Shown here: positions 1 through 9,502 of the stretch, piece by piece | Layout of the letters: every line of letters starts with the position of its first letter | Position numbering within the stretch: position 1 is the first letter of the stretch | NCBI GenBank assembly: GCA_964520055.1 | Contig: CAZFME010000003.1 | Coordinates: 1 to 57,746 of the forward strand | Source: an uncultured Clostridia bacterium | GTDB taxonomy: Bacteria; Bacillota; Thermosediminibacteria; Thermosediminibacterales; Tepidanaerobacteraceae | Direction: 5' to 3' | Length of the DNA stretch: 57,746 bases | Notes under the pieces: model-generated | What the model was told of the DNA's origin: nothing | The model's input: only the letters and a program-made list of their open reading frames with translations | The model's database searches: none | Made by a program: the position numbers and the translations under genes

Positions 1-78
1 TTATAACCCATAGGAAAGTATAAATTTTAAGACGGCTTTCCGCTACTTGTTTTAAAGTCTATATTTTTTCTTTAGGGA

Positions 79-1374
79 GTGAAAGGTTTGCAAAAAACCA
101 AATTCAATAAACTTGCTATGTTATTTTTAGTAATATTGATTTTGGTCATATCAACAATAAATATTTTTTTGGGACATTTACCTAGGGAGATAAGAATTAT
201 TGAAGGAAAAGAGCAAAAAATAGAATTAAAAATTCCAATGACTTTGCAATTATTTTGTAAAAAACCCTTTTTAATTAACGGGTATTATATAAAAGATAAA
301 CTAATAATCAGCTTGAAAGAACCTTTGGTCTTAAAGTCTGTAGTCAAAGGAACTTATGATTTAGAGTTTAGATGGTTGGGATTTATACCGGTAAAAAGGC
401 TTAAAGTTCATGTATTACCTGAAACTAGGGTGATACCTGGAGGACATTCTCTGGGAGTTAAACTTCGCCCGAATGGGGTTATAGTTGTAGGCTTTGCATC
501 TATAACGGATGAAAACGGTCTAAAACATCAACCGGCTCAAGAAGCTGGTATAAAGGTCGGAGATACCATTGTTATGGTAAATAACCAAAAAATATTTCAG
601 GCAGAAGAATTATCTCAAATAATTGATAAACAAAAATCAGTTCTTGTTACTGTGAAAAGAAATGATATAATATTCGATGTAAATCTAAATCCTATCAAAA
701 ATAATTTCGGCCTTTATCAGATAGGTTTGTGGGTGCGAGATGTAGCGGCGGGTGTTGGCACCCTTACATTTTATGATCCAAAAACTGGCTTTTACGGTGC
801 ATTGGGTCATATAATTACCGATGTAGATACCGGAAAAATTATTGAGGTTGGAGAAGGCGAAATAATCAGGGCGAGAGTTTCATCAATATTCCCCGGCAAA
901 AAGAACCAACCAGGTGAAAAAAAAGGTGTATTTATCAATGAAGAACGAATCATAGGAAATATTATTGCAAATACTTCCTTCGGCATTTTCGGAAAAGCTT
1001 ACCAGCCTTTTGAAAATCCTTTTTACACCTCACTCCCAGTAGCTACTGTAAACCAAGTTCATGAGGGTTATGCAAAAATCCTCACAGTGCTTGAGGGTGA
1101 AAGAATTCAAGAATATGATATCGAAATACAAAAAATAATAAAACAGTCACATCCCAATGGAAAAGGTATGATATTAAAAATCATAGATCATGAATTACTG
1201 GCTAAAACCGGAGGTATTATTCAGGGTATGAGCGGAAGCCCTATTATTCAGGACGGTTATATAGTAGGTGCTGTAACCCATGTATTTGTAAACGATCCAA
1301 CAAAGGGGTACGGTATTTTTATAGAATGGATGTTAAATGAGGTAAATAATTTAAACTTCAGTGAACAAATTTAA
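79..1374 (+). CDS. spoIVB: SpoIVB sporulation serine peptidase (S55 family)
   Basis: 431-aa ORF with N-terminal TM segment, PDZ-like stretch (AGIKVGDTIV) and C-terminal GMSGSPI catalytic-Ser motif. Lies directly upstream of spo0A as in Bacillus/Clostridium. SD GGGAG (75-79) favours TTG 88 over GTG 79 as the true start. Confidence 0.9.
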   Translation: MKGLQKTKFNKLAMLFLVILILVISTINIFLGHLPREIRIIEGKEQKIELKIPMTLQLFCKKPFLINGYYIKDKLIISLKEPLVLKSVVKGTYDLEFRWLGFIPVKRLKVHVLPETRVIPGGHSLGVKLRPNGVIVVGFASITDENGLKHQPAQEAGIKVGDTIVMVNNQKIFQAEELSQIIDKQKSVLVTVKRNDIIFDVNLNPIKNNFGLYQIGLWVRDVAAGVGTLTFYDPKTGFYGALGHIITDVDTGKIIEVGEGEIIRARVSSIFPGKKNQPGEKKGVFINEERIIGNIIANTSFGIFGKAYQPFENPFYTSLPVATVNQVHEGYAKILTVLEGERIQEYDIEIQKIIKQSHPNGKGMILKIIDHELLAKTGGIIQGMSGSPIIQDGYIVGAVTHVFVNDPTKGYGIFIEWMLNEVNNLNFSEQI

Positions 1375-1420
1375 AATATATAAACAAAATATGGAATGAC
1401 AGGAGGTATTTTCCATAGTT

Positions 1421-1427
1421 TGTCGAA
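1421..1427 (+). promoter_or_regulatory. Exact Spo0A box (TGTCGAA) upstream of spo0A
   Basis: Perfect 7-mer TGTCGAA 40 nt upstream of the spo0A ATG. Its TCGAAT also resembles a sigma-H -10, but the candidate -35 (AGGA at 1401) is spaced 2-3 nt too far. Confidence 0.45.
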
Positions 1428-1466
1428 TTAATCATTTATTAATACATTTTTGAGGGGGGATTTTTC

Positions 1467-2258
1467 ATGTTAGAAGATCAAAGAATAAAATTGTTAATTG
1501 CTGACGATAACAAAGAGTTTTGTGATTTGATTGTAGAGTTTTTTGAAAATGAAAAAGATATCAAGATAATCGGTGTTGCCCATGATGGAGTGGAAGTTTT
1601 GGAAAAAACAGAGGAGCTTGGGCCTGAAGTTTTGCTCTTAGATTTAATTATGCCTAATCTTGATGGTCTAGGGGTAATTGAAAGATTATCAAATAAACCC
1701 CAAAGACCGAAAATTGTGGTTCTTTCTGCAGTCGGTCAGGACAAAATTACACAAAAAGCAATTAATCTCGGTGCAGACTATTACGTTGTAAAACCGTTTG
1801 ACCTAAATATTCTTGTGGATCGTGTAAAACAAATGGTTGACAGAAATATACCTTTACAACGCCAAATGCAGAGAAAAACATCAGGTTTTACAACTGACAA
1901 AAAAAATAATTTGGAAGTACTGATCACCAATATTATTCATGAAATAGGAGTACCGGCACATATAAAAGGGTATTTCTATATTCGAGAAGCTATATATATG
2001 GTAATCAACAATGTGGAGTTGCTTTCAGCTGTAACCAAAGAACTTTATCCCAATATCGCAAATAAATACAACACCACCCCAAGTCGTGTTGAAAGAGCCA
2101 TAAGACATGCTATAGAAGTTGCATGGAGCAGGGGATGTGTAGAGACTCTTAACAGTCTTTTCGGATATACTACAACAAAGGATCGAGGCAAGCCAACAAA
2201 TTCAGAGTTTATTGCTATGATTTCTGACAAATTAAGGATGGAGCTTAAGGTCGGGTAA
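1467..2258 (+). CDS. spo0A: Sporulation master response regulator Spo0A
   Basis: Receiver domain (LLIADDN...DLIMP) plus the Spo0A-specific C-terminal DNA-binding signature [26 protein letters not shown] precedes the ATG. Confidence 0.97.
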   Translation: MLEDQRIKLLIADDNKEFCDLIVEFFENEKDIKIIGVAHDGVEVLEKTEELGPEVLLLDLIMPNLDGLGVIERLSNKPQRPKIVVLSAVGQDKITQKAINLGADYYVVKPFDLNILVDRVKQMVDRNIPLQRQMQRKTSGFTTDKKNNLEVLITNIIHEIGVPAHIKGYFYIREAIYMVINNVELLSAVTKELYPNIANKYNTTPSRVERAIRHAIEVAWSRGCVETLNSLFGYTTTKDRGKPTNSEFIAMISDKLRMELKVG

Positions 2259-2349
2259 CCAAGCGTATCAAAGGTTACAGAGAATACAAAGCCTATAAAT
2301 TCACGGAAAAACCTACTGTGGAAACCTATAAACTGTCGCTCTTCAAGGC

Positions 2350-2402
2350 AACTAACACCTATTTATTGGTAGGTATTTTGCTAATAAATATAGGTGTTAG
2401 TT
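2350..2402 (+). terminator. Long imperfect hairpin terminator after spo0A
   Basis: AACTAACACCTATTTATT (2350-2367) pairs with AATAAATATAGGTGTTAGTT (2383-2402, 2-nt bulge) and is followed by TATGTTTG. Sits between convergent spo0A and the small minus-strand ORF. Confidence 0.65.
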
Positions 2403-2522
2403 TATGTTTGATTCTATTATATAAATGGTCAAAAGATAGTGTGTTCTGTTATGATTAGAAATAGCTGAGTGATATTTATTTATTTTACTGTCTAAGCTCT
2501 TATAGAGTTTTTTTTAGTGTTT

Positions 2523-2675
2523 TCAAAGATTTTCAGGTTCTTTTGATAATTGAGATTCCGAAAGCATTAAATCTTTAATTGTTTCACATGTCTTTATTTT
2601 TTCTTTCAAAAACTCCTTAATTTCCGGAGCTTTACCAATTAAAAAAAACTTATTATTAAAAACAATATATTCCAT
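2523..2675 (-). CDS. Small hypothetical protein (50 aa), absent from the ORF track
   Basis: Minus-strand ATG at 2675 preceded by GAGGAGAGG at 6-nt spacing. Translation: MEYIVFNNKFFLIGKAPEIKEFLKEKIKTCETIKDLMLSESQLSKEPENL, stop TGA at 2523-2525. No family recognised. Confidence 0.4.
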   Translation of the reverse strand: MEYIVFNNKFFLIGKAPEIKEFLKEKIKTCETIKDLMLSESQLSKEPENL

Positions 2676-2752
2676 CTTTACCTCTCCTCAAACTTGTCTT
2701 AAAATATTATATGTATATATAAAAAAAATATGTTTAATCAGGAGATGGAAAA

Positions 2753-3295
2753 ATGAAGTTTTACGAGACTACATTGAGTTCTAAGAGTATTTTTTCCGGT
2801 CGTTTAATAAAACTCCGCCAGGATGAAGTTGTACTGCCAAATGGGAGAAAATCCACTCGCGAAATTGTGGAACATCCGGGGGCGGTTGCCATAGTAGCTG
2901 TAAATAAAGACAATAACATATTGATGGTAAGGCAGTACAGAAAAGCTATTGAAAAAGAACTTCTGGAAATCCCTGCAGGAAAACTGGAAAAGGACGAATC
3001 TAGGGAAAAGTGTGCTAAACGAGAATTAATGGAGGAAATCGGCTATTATCCTAATGATATAAAATATGTCACGGGTTTTTATACTTCGCCAGGTTTTTCC
3101 AATGAAATGATACACTTATTCTTAGCTAGAAATTTGGAGAAAAAGACGAGAGAGGCCGATTTCGATGAATATTTGCAGGTGGAAAGGGTACCGCTTAGCG
3201 AAGCAATAAGTAAAATTCACAGCGGTGAAATCGCTGACGGCAAAACAATTACCGGCCTGCTTTTGACGTATCCTTTAATAGTAGGTGATTTATAA
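2753..3295 (+). CDS. nudF: NUDIX hydrolase, ADP-ribose pyrophosphatase type
   Basis: Nudix box GKLEKDESREKCAKRELMEEIGY (GX5EX7REUXEEXGU), 180 aa, SD AGGAGA. Confidence 0.85.
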   Translation: MKFYETTLSSKSIFSGRLIKLRQDEVVLPNGRKSTREIVEHPGAVAIVAVNKDNNILMVRQYRKAIEKELLEIPAGKLEKDESREKCAKRELMEEIGYYPNDIKYVTGFYTSPGFSNEMIHLFLARNLEKKTREADFDEYLQVERVPLSEAISKIHSGEIADGKTITGLLLTYPLIVGDL

Positions 3296-4473
3296 TGGAA
3301 TGTTTTGCGGATCTACATGTTCATATCGGCCAGGCTAAAAAACATCCTGTAAAGATTACTGCTTCCAAGAGTTTAACCCTTAACAATATTTATGATTACT
3401 GTATTAATAAGAAAGGTATTGATATTGTAGGTATTGTGGACTGTGCTTCACCGTATGTCCTTGAGGAAATTTCAGAACATCTTGAAACTGGAAAGGTAAG
3501 GCCCTTATCCGGCGGAGGGCTCAGGTATAAAGATAAACTTACGATTATTCTGGGAGCGGAGATTGAGACTACAGAAGAGAAAGGGGTAGCTCATAGTATT
3601 GCTTTTTTTCCTTATTATGAACAAATCAAGGAATTTTCAGCGATTATTTCTGAGTATATCACAAATATTACTTTGAGCTCTCAAAAGGCACGCCTACCTG
3701 CAAAAGATTTACTTCAAATGGTGTGCAGTTTGGGAGGTGAACTGATACCGGCACATATTTTCACTCCTTTTAAAAGCTTTTACGGCAGTTGTTATGATAG
3801 GCTTTCATTGGCTTTTGAAAATGAACTGGATGATATCATAGCGGTAGAATTAGGGCTAAGTGCTGATACAGATTTTGCCGATACTATAAGCGAACTTGCT
3901 ACAAAAACATTTTTAAGTAACTCAGATGCCCATTCACTGGGGAAAATTGCACGGGAATACAATAAAATGAAATTAAAATTTCCAGACTTTAAAAATATTT
4001 TTTCAGCGCTGCGAGGCTTGGATAATAATTCGATCATGGCTAATTACGGCCTAAACCCAAAACTCGGCAAGTATCACAGGACTTTTTGCCCTGCCTGTGG
4101 TTACATAGCTGTAGAAGCTCCGTCTGTTGTAAAATGCCGTATTTGCAATAGTGAAGCAGTAACCCTTGGCGTGCTTGACAAAATAGCTCTCATAGCGGAT
4201 CATAAGGTACCTGTTCATCCTCAACATAGGCCATTGTATCAGTATCAGATACCTTTAGAATTTATTCCCGGAATTGGTAAAAAAACTATTGAAAAACTAC
4301 TTTTAAACTTTGATACTGAGATGGATGTTATCCATAATGCTGATATAACACAATTGACTCAGGTTGTGGGAGAACAAAGGGCCGAGAGTATAATACTGGC
4401 AAGAGAAGGAAGATTGGATCTAAAAGTAGGTGGTGGGGGCTTTTACGGTAAGGTTTTAAATGGAAATGTATAA
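3295..4473 (+). CDS. PHP-domain protein of the endonuclease Q (TIGR00375-like) family
   Basis: N-terminal ADLHVHIG PHP metal motif and a CPACGY...CRICNS zinc-finger-like pair. ATG overlaps the nudF stop (TAATG). Family call is from memory of the architecture. Confidence 0.65.
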   Translation: MECFADLHVHIGQAKKHPVKITASKSLTLNNIYDYCINKKGIDIVGIVDCASPYVLEEISEHLETGKVRPLSGGGLRYKDKLTIILGAEIETTEEKGVAHSIAFFPYYEQIKEFSAIISEYITNITLSSQKARLPAKDLLQMVCSLGGELIPAHIFTPFKSFYGSCYDRLSLAFENELDDIIAVELGLSADTDFADTISELATKTFLSNSDAHSLGKIAREYNKMKLKFPDFKNIFSALRGLDNNSIMANYGLNPKLGKYHRTFCPACGYIAVEAPSVVKCRICNSEAVTLGVLDKIALIADHKVPVHPQHRPLYQYQIPLEFIPGIGKKTIEKLLLNFDTEMDVIHNADITQLTQVVGEQRAESIILAREGRLDLKVGGGGFYGKVLNGNV

Positions 4474-4479
4474 TCCCGT

Positions 4480-4524
4480 CCCTTCCGGCATAATATTTTC
4501 TATGGAAATATTATGCCGGAAGGG
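4480..4524 (+). terminator. Perfect 19-bp hairpin between the endoQ-like gene and spoIIM (terminator/attenuator)
   Basis: CCCTTCCGGCATAATATTT (4480-4498) is the exact reverse complement of 4506-4524, with a 7-nt loop. The 3' arm contains most of the spoIIM SD (GGAAGGGGGA, 4518-4527). TATTTT follows 4 nt after the stem. Confidence 0.6.
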
Positions 4525-4535
4525 GGACTATTTTC

Positions 4536-5168
4536 ATGAATTATTTCCCCAAAATGTTGGTGGAGTACTTTAAAAAAAACATAGTTCAATATATTTTTTT
4601 AAGCATTGTTTTAATTGCCGGTATAATTGTGGGTAGTATTACCGTAAATATGATATCAGATATTCAAATGGAAAGCATATTAAGCTTTATCAACGGTTTT
4701 TTAGCCAACATTGACAACATTTCGGTAGATTGTGCTTCTATCTTTTATTTATCACTGTCAAATAATTTAAAAACCGCTGTTGTATTGATATTACTTGGCC
4801 TTTCAGTTATAGGTCTTCCATTCATATTAGCTGTAATTTTTTTTAGAGGATTCGTATTAGGATTTACTGTGGGTTTTCTAATTGAACAATTAGGGCCTAA
4901 AGGCACAGTTTTATCTGTTTTATCTATTCTCCCCCAGAACTTAATCATATTACCGTGTATTGTTTCAATAGGCGTAACCAGCTTAACTTTTGCCCTAGCT
5001 GTCATTAAAAATAGAATTAAACACTATCAGGAAAACTATTCACAGATGGTAACTGGGTATCTATTGTTAAATCTGTTTTTCAGCTTTTTACTCATCATAT
5101 CCGGCTTAATTGAGGGATATATATCTCCAATATTTATTAAACTTTATACTTATTATCTAAGTCTATAA
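4536..5168 (+). CDS. spoIIM: Stage II sporulation protein M
   Basis: 210-aa polytopic membrane protein with SpoIIM-like layout (N-terminal TM, FFRGFVLGF, ILPQNLIILP). Adjacent to xerD as in B. subtilis (spoIIM-fur-ripX). Confidence 0.85.
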   Translation: MNYFPKMLVEYFKKNIVQYIFLSIVLIAGIIVGSITVNMISDIQMESILSFINGFLANIDNISVDCASIFYLSLSNNLKTAVVLILLGLSVIGLPFILAVIFFRGFVLGFTVGFLIEQLGPKGTVLSVLSILPQNLIILPCIVSIGVTSLTFALAVIKNRIKHYQENYSQMVTGYLLLNLFFSFLLIISGLIEGYISPIFIKLYTYYLSL

Positions 5169-5182
5169 ATATGATTACTTCA

Positions 5183-5214
5183 AAACAAAGGCCTATATAT
5201 AGGCCTTTGTTTGC
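5183..5214 (+). terminator. Rho-independent terminator after spoIIM
   Basis: AAACAAAGGCCT / AGGCCTTTGTTT 12-bp stem with a 6-nt loop, followed by a T-rich run. Confidence 0.8.
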
Positions 5215-5494
5215 TTATAAATTAGATTAATTCAAATCCTGAAACTTCTGTACCAAAGTCTTTTATTCGTGCCCTCCACTAGACTGATCTCGGTCATTGA
5301 TACTTTTTTATGTAATGTCCGGTACCTTGCTCTATAACTTGTATTTTGACTCAATAAAAAGTTTGCCTCATATGTAAAGATTAGACGTCTTTCGGGGCTA
5401 AAATAAATCAACCGTTTTACGGGTTATGATTTTAGAAGGAATTATAGACATAATATTGAATATAAAAATAAAGGTAAGATTTAGGAGGAATTGT

Positions 5495-6382
5495 ATGAAA
5501 GACCTTTTGAAAAATTTTCTTGAATATTTATCAGTAGAAAGAGGCCTTGCAAAAAACACTATTGATGCTTATAATCGAGACTTAAAAAGTTACATATTTT
5601 ACCTAAGAACGAAAAACATAACAAACATCGACCATACCAATCGTACAACCATTGTATCTTATTTATTATTAATGCAAAAAAAGGGTAAAGCAAGCAGTAG
5701 CATATCCCGAGCCTGTGCTTCGATAAAATCCTTTTATCATTTTTTGTTTAGAGAGCGAATAATTCATAAAGATCCAACGGCAAATTTAGATACTCCCAAA
5801 CTAGAGCACCGATTGCCCAAAGTGCTAACTGTAACAGAGGTTGAAATGCTATTATGTCAACCTGATATGACAAACCCGTTAGGAATCAGAGACAGAAGTA
5901 TGCTTGAATTACTGTATGCCACAGGTATGAGAGTATCTGAACTTATTTCCATTTCTATGGAAGACATAAATTTGGAAATGGGGTTTTTGCGCTGTATAGG
6001 TAAGGGCTCAAAAGAAAGGATTGTTCCTGTTGGATCTATAGCAATAGAGTATTTAGAACACTATATTTTAAATGCCAGAAAAAAAATATTAGATGATAAG
6101 GAATCCGAAATTCTATTTCTTAATCGACGGGGTGATGCTTTGACACGTCAAGGCTTTTGGAAAATAATTAAAAAATACTCAAAGCAAGCCGGAATTAATA
6201 AAAAAATCACACCACATACGCTTAGGCATTCTTTTGCCACACATCTTTTAGAAAATGGGGCGGATTTAAGATCTGTACAGGAAATGTTAGGCCATGCCGA
6301 TATTTCTACTACTCAAATATATACCCATATAACACGAGATAAAATAAAAGAAGTATATGATAAAACTCATCCCAGAGCTTAA
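5495..6382 (+). CDS. xerD: Tyrosine site-specific recombinase XerD
   Basis: N-terminal SAM-like domain (LSVERGLAKNTIDAYNRDL) and catalytic R..HxxR..Y region (HTLRHSFATHLL, TQIYTH). The ORF track starts at 5426, but AGGAGG at 5484-5489 supports ATG 5495. Confidence 0.9.
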   Translation: MKDLLKNFLEYLSVERGLAKNTIDAYNRDLKSYIFYLRTKNITNIDHTNRTTIVSYLLLMQKKGKASSSISRACASIKSFYHFLFRERIIHKDPTANLDTPKLEHRLPKVLTVTEVEMLLCQPDMTNPLGIRDRSMLELLYATGMRVSELISISMEDINLEMGFLRCIGKGSKERIVPVGSIAIEYLEHYILNARKKILDDKESEILFLNRRGDALTRQGFWKIIKKYSKQAGINKKITPHTLRHSFATHLLENGADLRSVQEMLGHADISTTQIYTHITRDKIKEVYDKTHPRA

Positions 6383-6386
6383 AAAT

Positions 6387-6415
6387 GCATAACATTCCTC
6401 CCGTATGGAAAACTA
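6387..6415 (+). promoter_or_regulatory. Possible forespore (sigma-F/G type) promoter of dacF
   Basis: GCATA (6387-6391), 17-nt spacer, AAAACTA (6409-6415). Loosely matches the GCATA...CATACTA-type consensus. dacF is forespore-expressed in Bacillus. Confidence 0.3.
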
Positions 6416-6440
6416 TATCAAGAAGGGAGGAACGATATAA

Positions 6441-7598
6441 ATGGTTTATTTTAATAAAAAGGCAGCGTGTATTTTGCTTATTACTTTTCTTATTTTCATA
6501 AAACCGGTCACAGCCCAGCCACAGCTTGACATCAAATCCCCTTCAGCAGTTTTGATGGATGCGGGCACGGGAACGGTACTCTTTGAAAAAAACCCACATG
6601 AAAAAATGGAACCAGCCAGTATCACTAAAATAATGACCATGATTATTACTTTTGAGGCTCTTGATTCAGAGAAAGTTAAGCTATCGGATATTATCAGAGT
6701 CAGTGAAAGGGCATGGAAAACCGGAGGCAGTCAGGTGTTTTTGGGTCCCGGAGAAGAACAGACCCTTGAAACACTTTTAAAATGTATTGTAATCGCTTCG
6801 GCCAATGATGCTTCAATGGCGGTAGCTGAATATGTCGGCGGTAGTGTTGAAGGCTTTGTTAAGCTGATGAATGACAAAGCAAGACAATTAGGAATGAGCA
6901 ATACAAATTTTACAAATCCTCATGGGCTATCTTCTCCTGAACATTACACTACTGCTCATGATATTGCATTGATGTCAAAAGAATTGGTCAAGTACCCTAC
7001 GTTTTTTAAATGGTCAACCATATGGATGGATTATCTTGAACATACTGATAAAAAGCGTGACGCTACAATGCTGGCCAACACCAATAAACTACTTGAAAAA
7101 TACGAAGGCATGGATGGTTTAAAAACCGGTTTTCATAATAAAGCGGGGCATTGCTTTGCCGGTACTGCAAAACGCGGGGATTTTCGATTAATATCAGTAG
7201 TTTTAAATGCGGAAAACAGCAGTCAGAGATTCGAAGACTCAACAAAGCTGCTGGATTACGGCTTTGGACATTACAATTCAATTAGAGTGGTCGAAAAAGG
7301 AATGGTACAAAAAACTGTTCAAGTGGAAAAAGGACATATTACAGATGCGAATGTAATTGTATATGAAGATGTAAACCTTTTAGTAGAAAAAGGCAGGGAA
7401 GACAGAATAAGCACAAAAGTTGAGGTGCCTGATAAGTTATTAGCGCCACTAAAAAAGAATCAGATAGTAGGAACTCTCATAGTTGAACAAAACGGTAAAA
7501 TCGTAAAAAAAGTAAATATGGTTATATCTGAAGATGTGACAAAAGCAAGTTTTATCGAAGTGCTTAAAAGGGTATTTAGTAAATGGCTCCATTTATAA
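6441..7598 (+). CDS. dacF: D-alanyl-D-alanine carboxypeptidase (S11, PBP5 type), dacF position
   Basis: Signal peptide, SITKIMT (SxxK), SANDA (SxN) and KTGF (KTG) motifs. Immediately upstream of the spoIIA operon as in Bacillus. Confidence 0.85.
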   Translation: MVYFNKKAACILLITFLIFIKPVTAQPQLDIKSPSAVLMDAGTGTVLFEKNPHEKMEPASITKIMTMIITFEALDSEKVKLSDIIRVSERAWKTGGSQVFLGPGEEQTLETLLKCIVIASANDASMAVAEYVGGSVEGFVKLMNDKARQLGMSNTNFTNPHGLSSPEHYTTAHDIALMSKELVKYPTFFKWSTIWMDYLEHTDKKRDATMLANTNKLLEKYEGMDGLKTGFHNKAGHCFAGTAKRGDFRLISVVLNAENSSQRFEDSTKLLDYGFGHYNSIRVVEKGMVQKTVQVEKGHITDANVIVYEDVNLLVEKGREDRISTKVEVPDKLLAPLKKNQIVGTLIVEQNGKIVKKVNMVISEDVTKASFIEVLKRVFSKWLHL

Positions 7599-7786
7599 AA
7601 ATATTTCTTTATTTTGTATAAAAAGTATACCTGAAATGAAGATTACGGCACCTATACCTAAGCCAAACCTGTTAATGTTGCTTTGGTCCTAATACCACAC
7701 AGGAACTTGTGGCAATTCACCGTACCGCCGGGCGCATGTTAATATATGTTCTGCACACTGCCCTGCAAAGAGCTTATCTACTATTA

Positions 7787-7822
7787 CAAAGGCTTCCTTA
7801 ATAATATTCAAGGAAGCCTTTG
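7787..7822 (+). other. 13-bp perfect hairpin in the dacF-spoIIAA spacer
   Basis: CAAAGGCTTCCTT (7787-7799) / AAGGAAGCCTTTG (7810-7822). No U-tract. CTGCAAAG at 7763-7770 can alternatively pair with CTTTGCAG at 7818-7825. Confidence 0.4.
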
Positions 7823-7860
7823 CAGTTATGGAGAAAAAATGTAAATCATGGAATATTATA

Positions 7861-7887
7861 GCAGGAAATTCCTTATATTCATCGAAT
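7861..7887 (+). promoter_or_regulatory. Sigma-H type promoter of the spoIIA operon
   Basis: GCAGGAAAT (7861-7869), 11 nt, ATCGAAT (7881-7887) fits RNAGGAWWW-N11-12-RNNGAAT. spoIIA is sigma-H dependent in Bacillus. Confidence 0.55.
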
Positions 7888-7919
7888 AATTGTAATAGGA
7901 ACAAAGGGGGGGGTGGAGT

Positions 7920-8255
7920 ATGGATGGGGTTATAAAAGTAAAAGATGATATGTTAAAGGTTAATTTAAAAGGAGAATTAGATCATCACATGGCACTTGTT
8001 ATTAGAGATGAGATAGATCACTATATTGAAAAGTTCAGGATCAAGAGGGTATTATTTAATTTTAGAGATGTATCTTTTATGGACAGCTCCGGTATAGGTA
8101 TGATTATAGGACGTTACAAAAAACTTCAAAAAATAAGGGGGAAAATAGGTGTAGTTTACCTAACCCCCAAAATAAAAAGGATTTTTGAAATGTCAGGTCT
8201 TTTCAATATTATAAAAAATTTCAGTGATGAGAGAGAGGCTATAGATAAATTATGA
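7920..8255 (+). CDS. spoIIAA: Anti-sigma-F factor antagonist SpoIIAA (STAS domain)
   Basis: 111 aa with [15 protein letters not shown] phospho-serine motif. First gene of the spoIIAA-AB-sigF triad. Confidence 0.95.
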   Translation: MDGVIKVKDDMLKVNLKGELDHHMALVIRDEIDHYIEKFRIKRVLFNFRDVSFMDSSGIGMIIGRYKKLQKIRGKIGVVYLTPKIKRIFEMSGLFNIIKNFSDEREAIDKL

Positions 8256-8710
8256 GGGGTGATTTCGTGACATCTTTAAATGAAATGCAACTGGATTTTT
8301 TAAGCAAATCCCAAAATGAATCCTTTGCGCGGGTCGTTGTTGCTGCTTTTGCATCACAATTAGATCCGACATTGGATAAACTTGCTGATATAAAGACGGC
8401 GGTCTCCGAAGCCGTGACAAATTGTATCATTCATGGCTACGACGATACTATCGGCACTATTAGAATTAACTCAAAACTCTACAAAGATAAAATTGTTATA
8501 TCAATTCAAGACTGGGGAAAAGGTATCGAAGATATAGAAGAAGCGAGACAGCCGCTATGGACTTCCAAACCGGAATTGGAAAGATCCGGTATGGGATTTA
8601 CCATAATGGAAGATTTTATGGATGAGCTGAAAGTTGAGTCTACTCTGGGTGAAGGAACACTTGTCACAATGACAAAAAACATCAATAGCGGTGCGAGGCA
8701 GGCTACATGA
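8252..8710 (+). CDS. spoIIAB: Anti-sigma-F factor / serine kinase SpoIIAB
   Basis: HATPase_c motifs ([28 protein letters not shown]). ATG overlaps the spoIIAA stop. GTG 8267 is an alternative start. Confidence 0.95.
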   Translation: MRGDFVTSLNEMQLDFLSKSQNESFARVVVAAFASQLDPTLDKLADIKTAVSEAVTNCIIHGYDDTIGTIRINSKLYKDKIVISIQDWGKGIEDIEEARQPLWTSKPELERSGMGFTIMEDFMDELKVESTLGEGTLVTMTKNINSGARQAT

Positions 8711-9429
8711 ATTCTGAAATTATTTTGGAACTTTTAAAAAAGGCCAAAAGAGGTGACAGGCAATCCAAAGATGAACTTGTGTCCCTTAACCTGGGTTTGG
8801 TATGGAGTATAGTTAAGCGCTTCAGTAATAGGGGTTATGAATTGGAAGATTTATTTCAAATTGGTAGTATCGGTCTATTGAAAGCAATCGAAAAGTTTGA
8901 CTTTTCTTATGATGTGAAATTTTCCACTTATGCCGTTCCGATGATAATAGGTGAAATTCGAAGATACATACGGGATGATAGACCTATTAAGGTAGCCCGT
9001 TCTCTGAAAGAACTGGCTTTTAAAATCCAAAGAACACAGGAAGAACTTACAAATACCCTGGATAGAGAACCTACAGTCAATGAACTATCTGATGAAATGG
9101 GAGTTTCTGTAGAAGAATTGGTAATAGCAATGGAAGCTTCTCAATCTTTGGTTTCACTAAATAATGTAGCCTACCAAGACGATGGTTCTCCGATTTATTT
9201 GATTGATCAGATTAATGAGGATAAATATCGTCAAAACCTATTGTTTGACAGGATAGCCTTAAAGGAGGCACTTTCCAAACTTGATAAAGAAGAACGTCAA
9301 ATTATTATTCTCAGATATTTCAAAGACATGACTCAAGTGGATGTTGCAAAAGCATTAAACATGACCCAAGTGCAAGTATCACGACTGGAGAGAAAGGTAC
9401 TAGAAAAAGTAAAAGATCTATTGTCTTAA
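8707..9429 (+). CDS. sigF: Sporulation sigma factor F
   Basis: Sigma-70 regions 2-4 ([53 protein letters not shown]). ATGA overlap with spoIIAB. Confidence 0.95.
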   Translation: MNSEIILELLKKAKRGDRQSKDELVSLNLGLVWSIVKRFSNRGYELEDLFQIGSIGLLKAIEKFDFSYDVKFSTYAVPMIIGEIRRYIRDDRPIKVARSLKELAFKIQRTQEELTNTLDREPTVNELSDEMGVSVEELVIAMEASQSLVSLNNVAYQDDGSPIYLIDQINEDKYRQNLLFDRIALKEALSKLDKEERQIIILRYFKDMTQVDVAKALNMTQVQVSRLERKVLEKVKDLLS

Positions 9430-9502
9430 GCCTAAGGTAGGCTTTTTCTTTTGCATAAAATATTGCCAAATATACATAATAAAGAGGAGGAGGCTCGTCC
9501 AG

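Noticed and set aside
1399-1428. Sigma-H promoter call for spo0A
   Set aside because: The -10-like TCGAAT is present, but the AGGA -35 candidate is 14 nt away rather than 11-12. I kept only the exact 0A box as a feature.
5215-5494. 280-nt non-coding gap between spoIIM and xerD, where B. subtilis has fur
   Set aside because: I scanned both strands for a Fur-like remnant (HHDH/CxxC motifs) and found none. There is no ORF with an SD and no clear structure, so I treated it as a plain spacer/promoter region.
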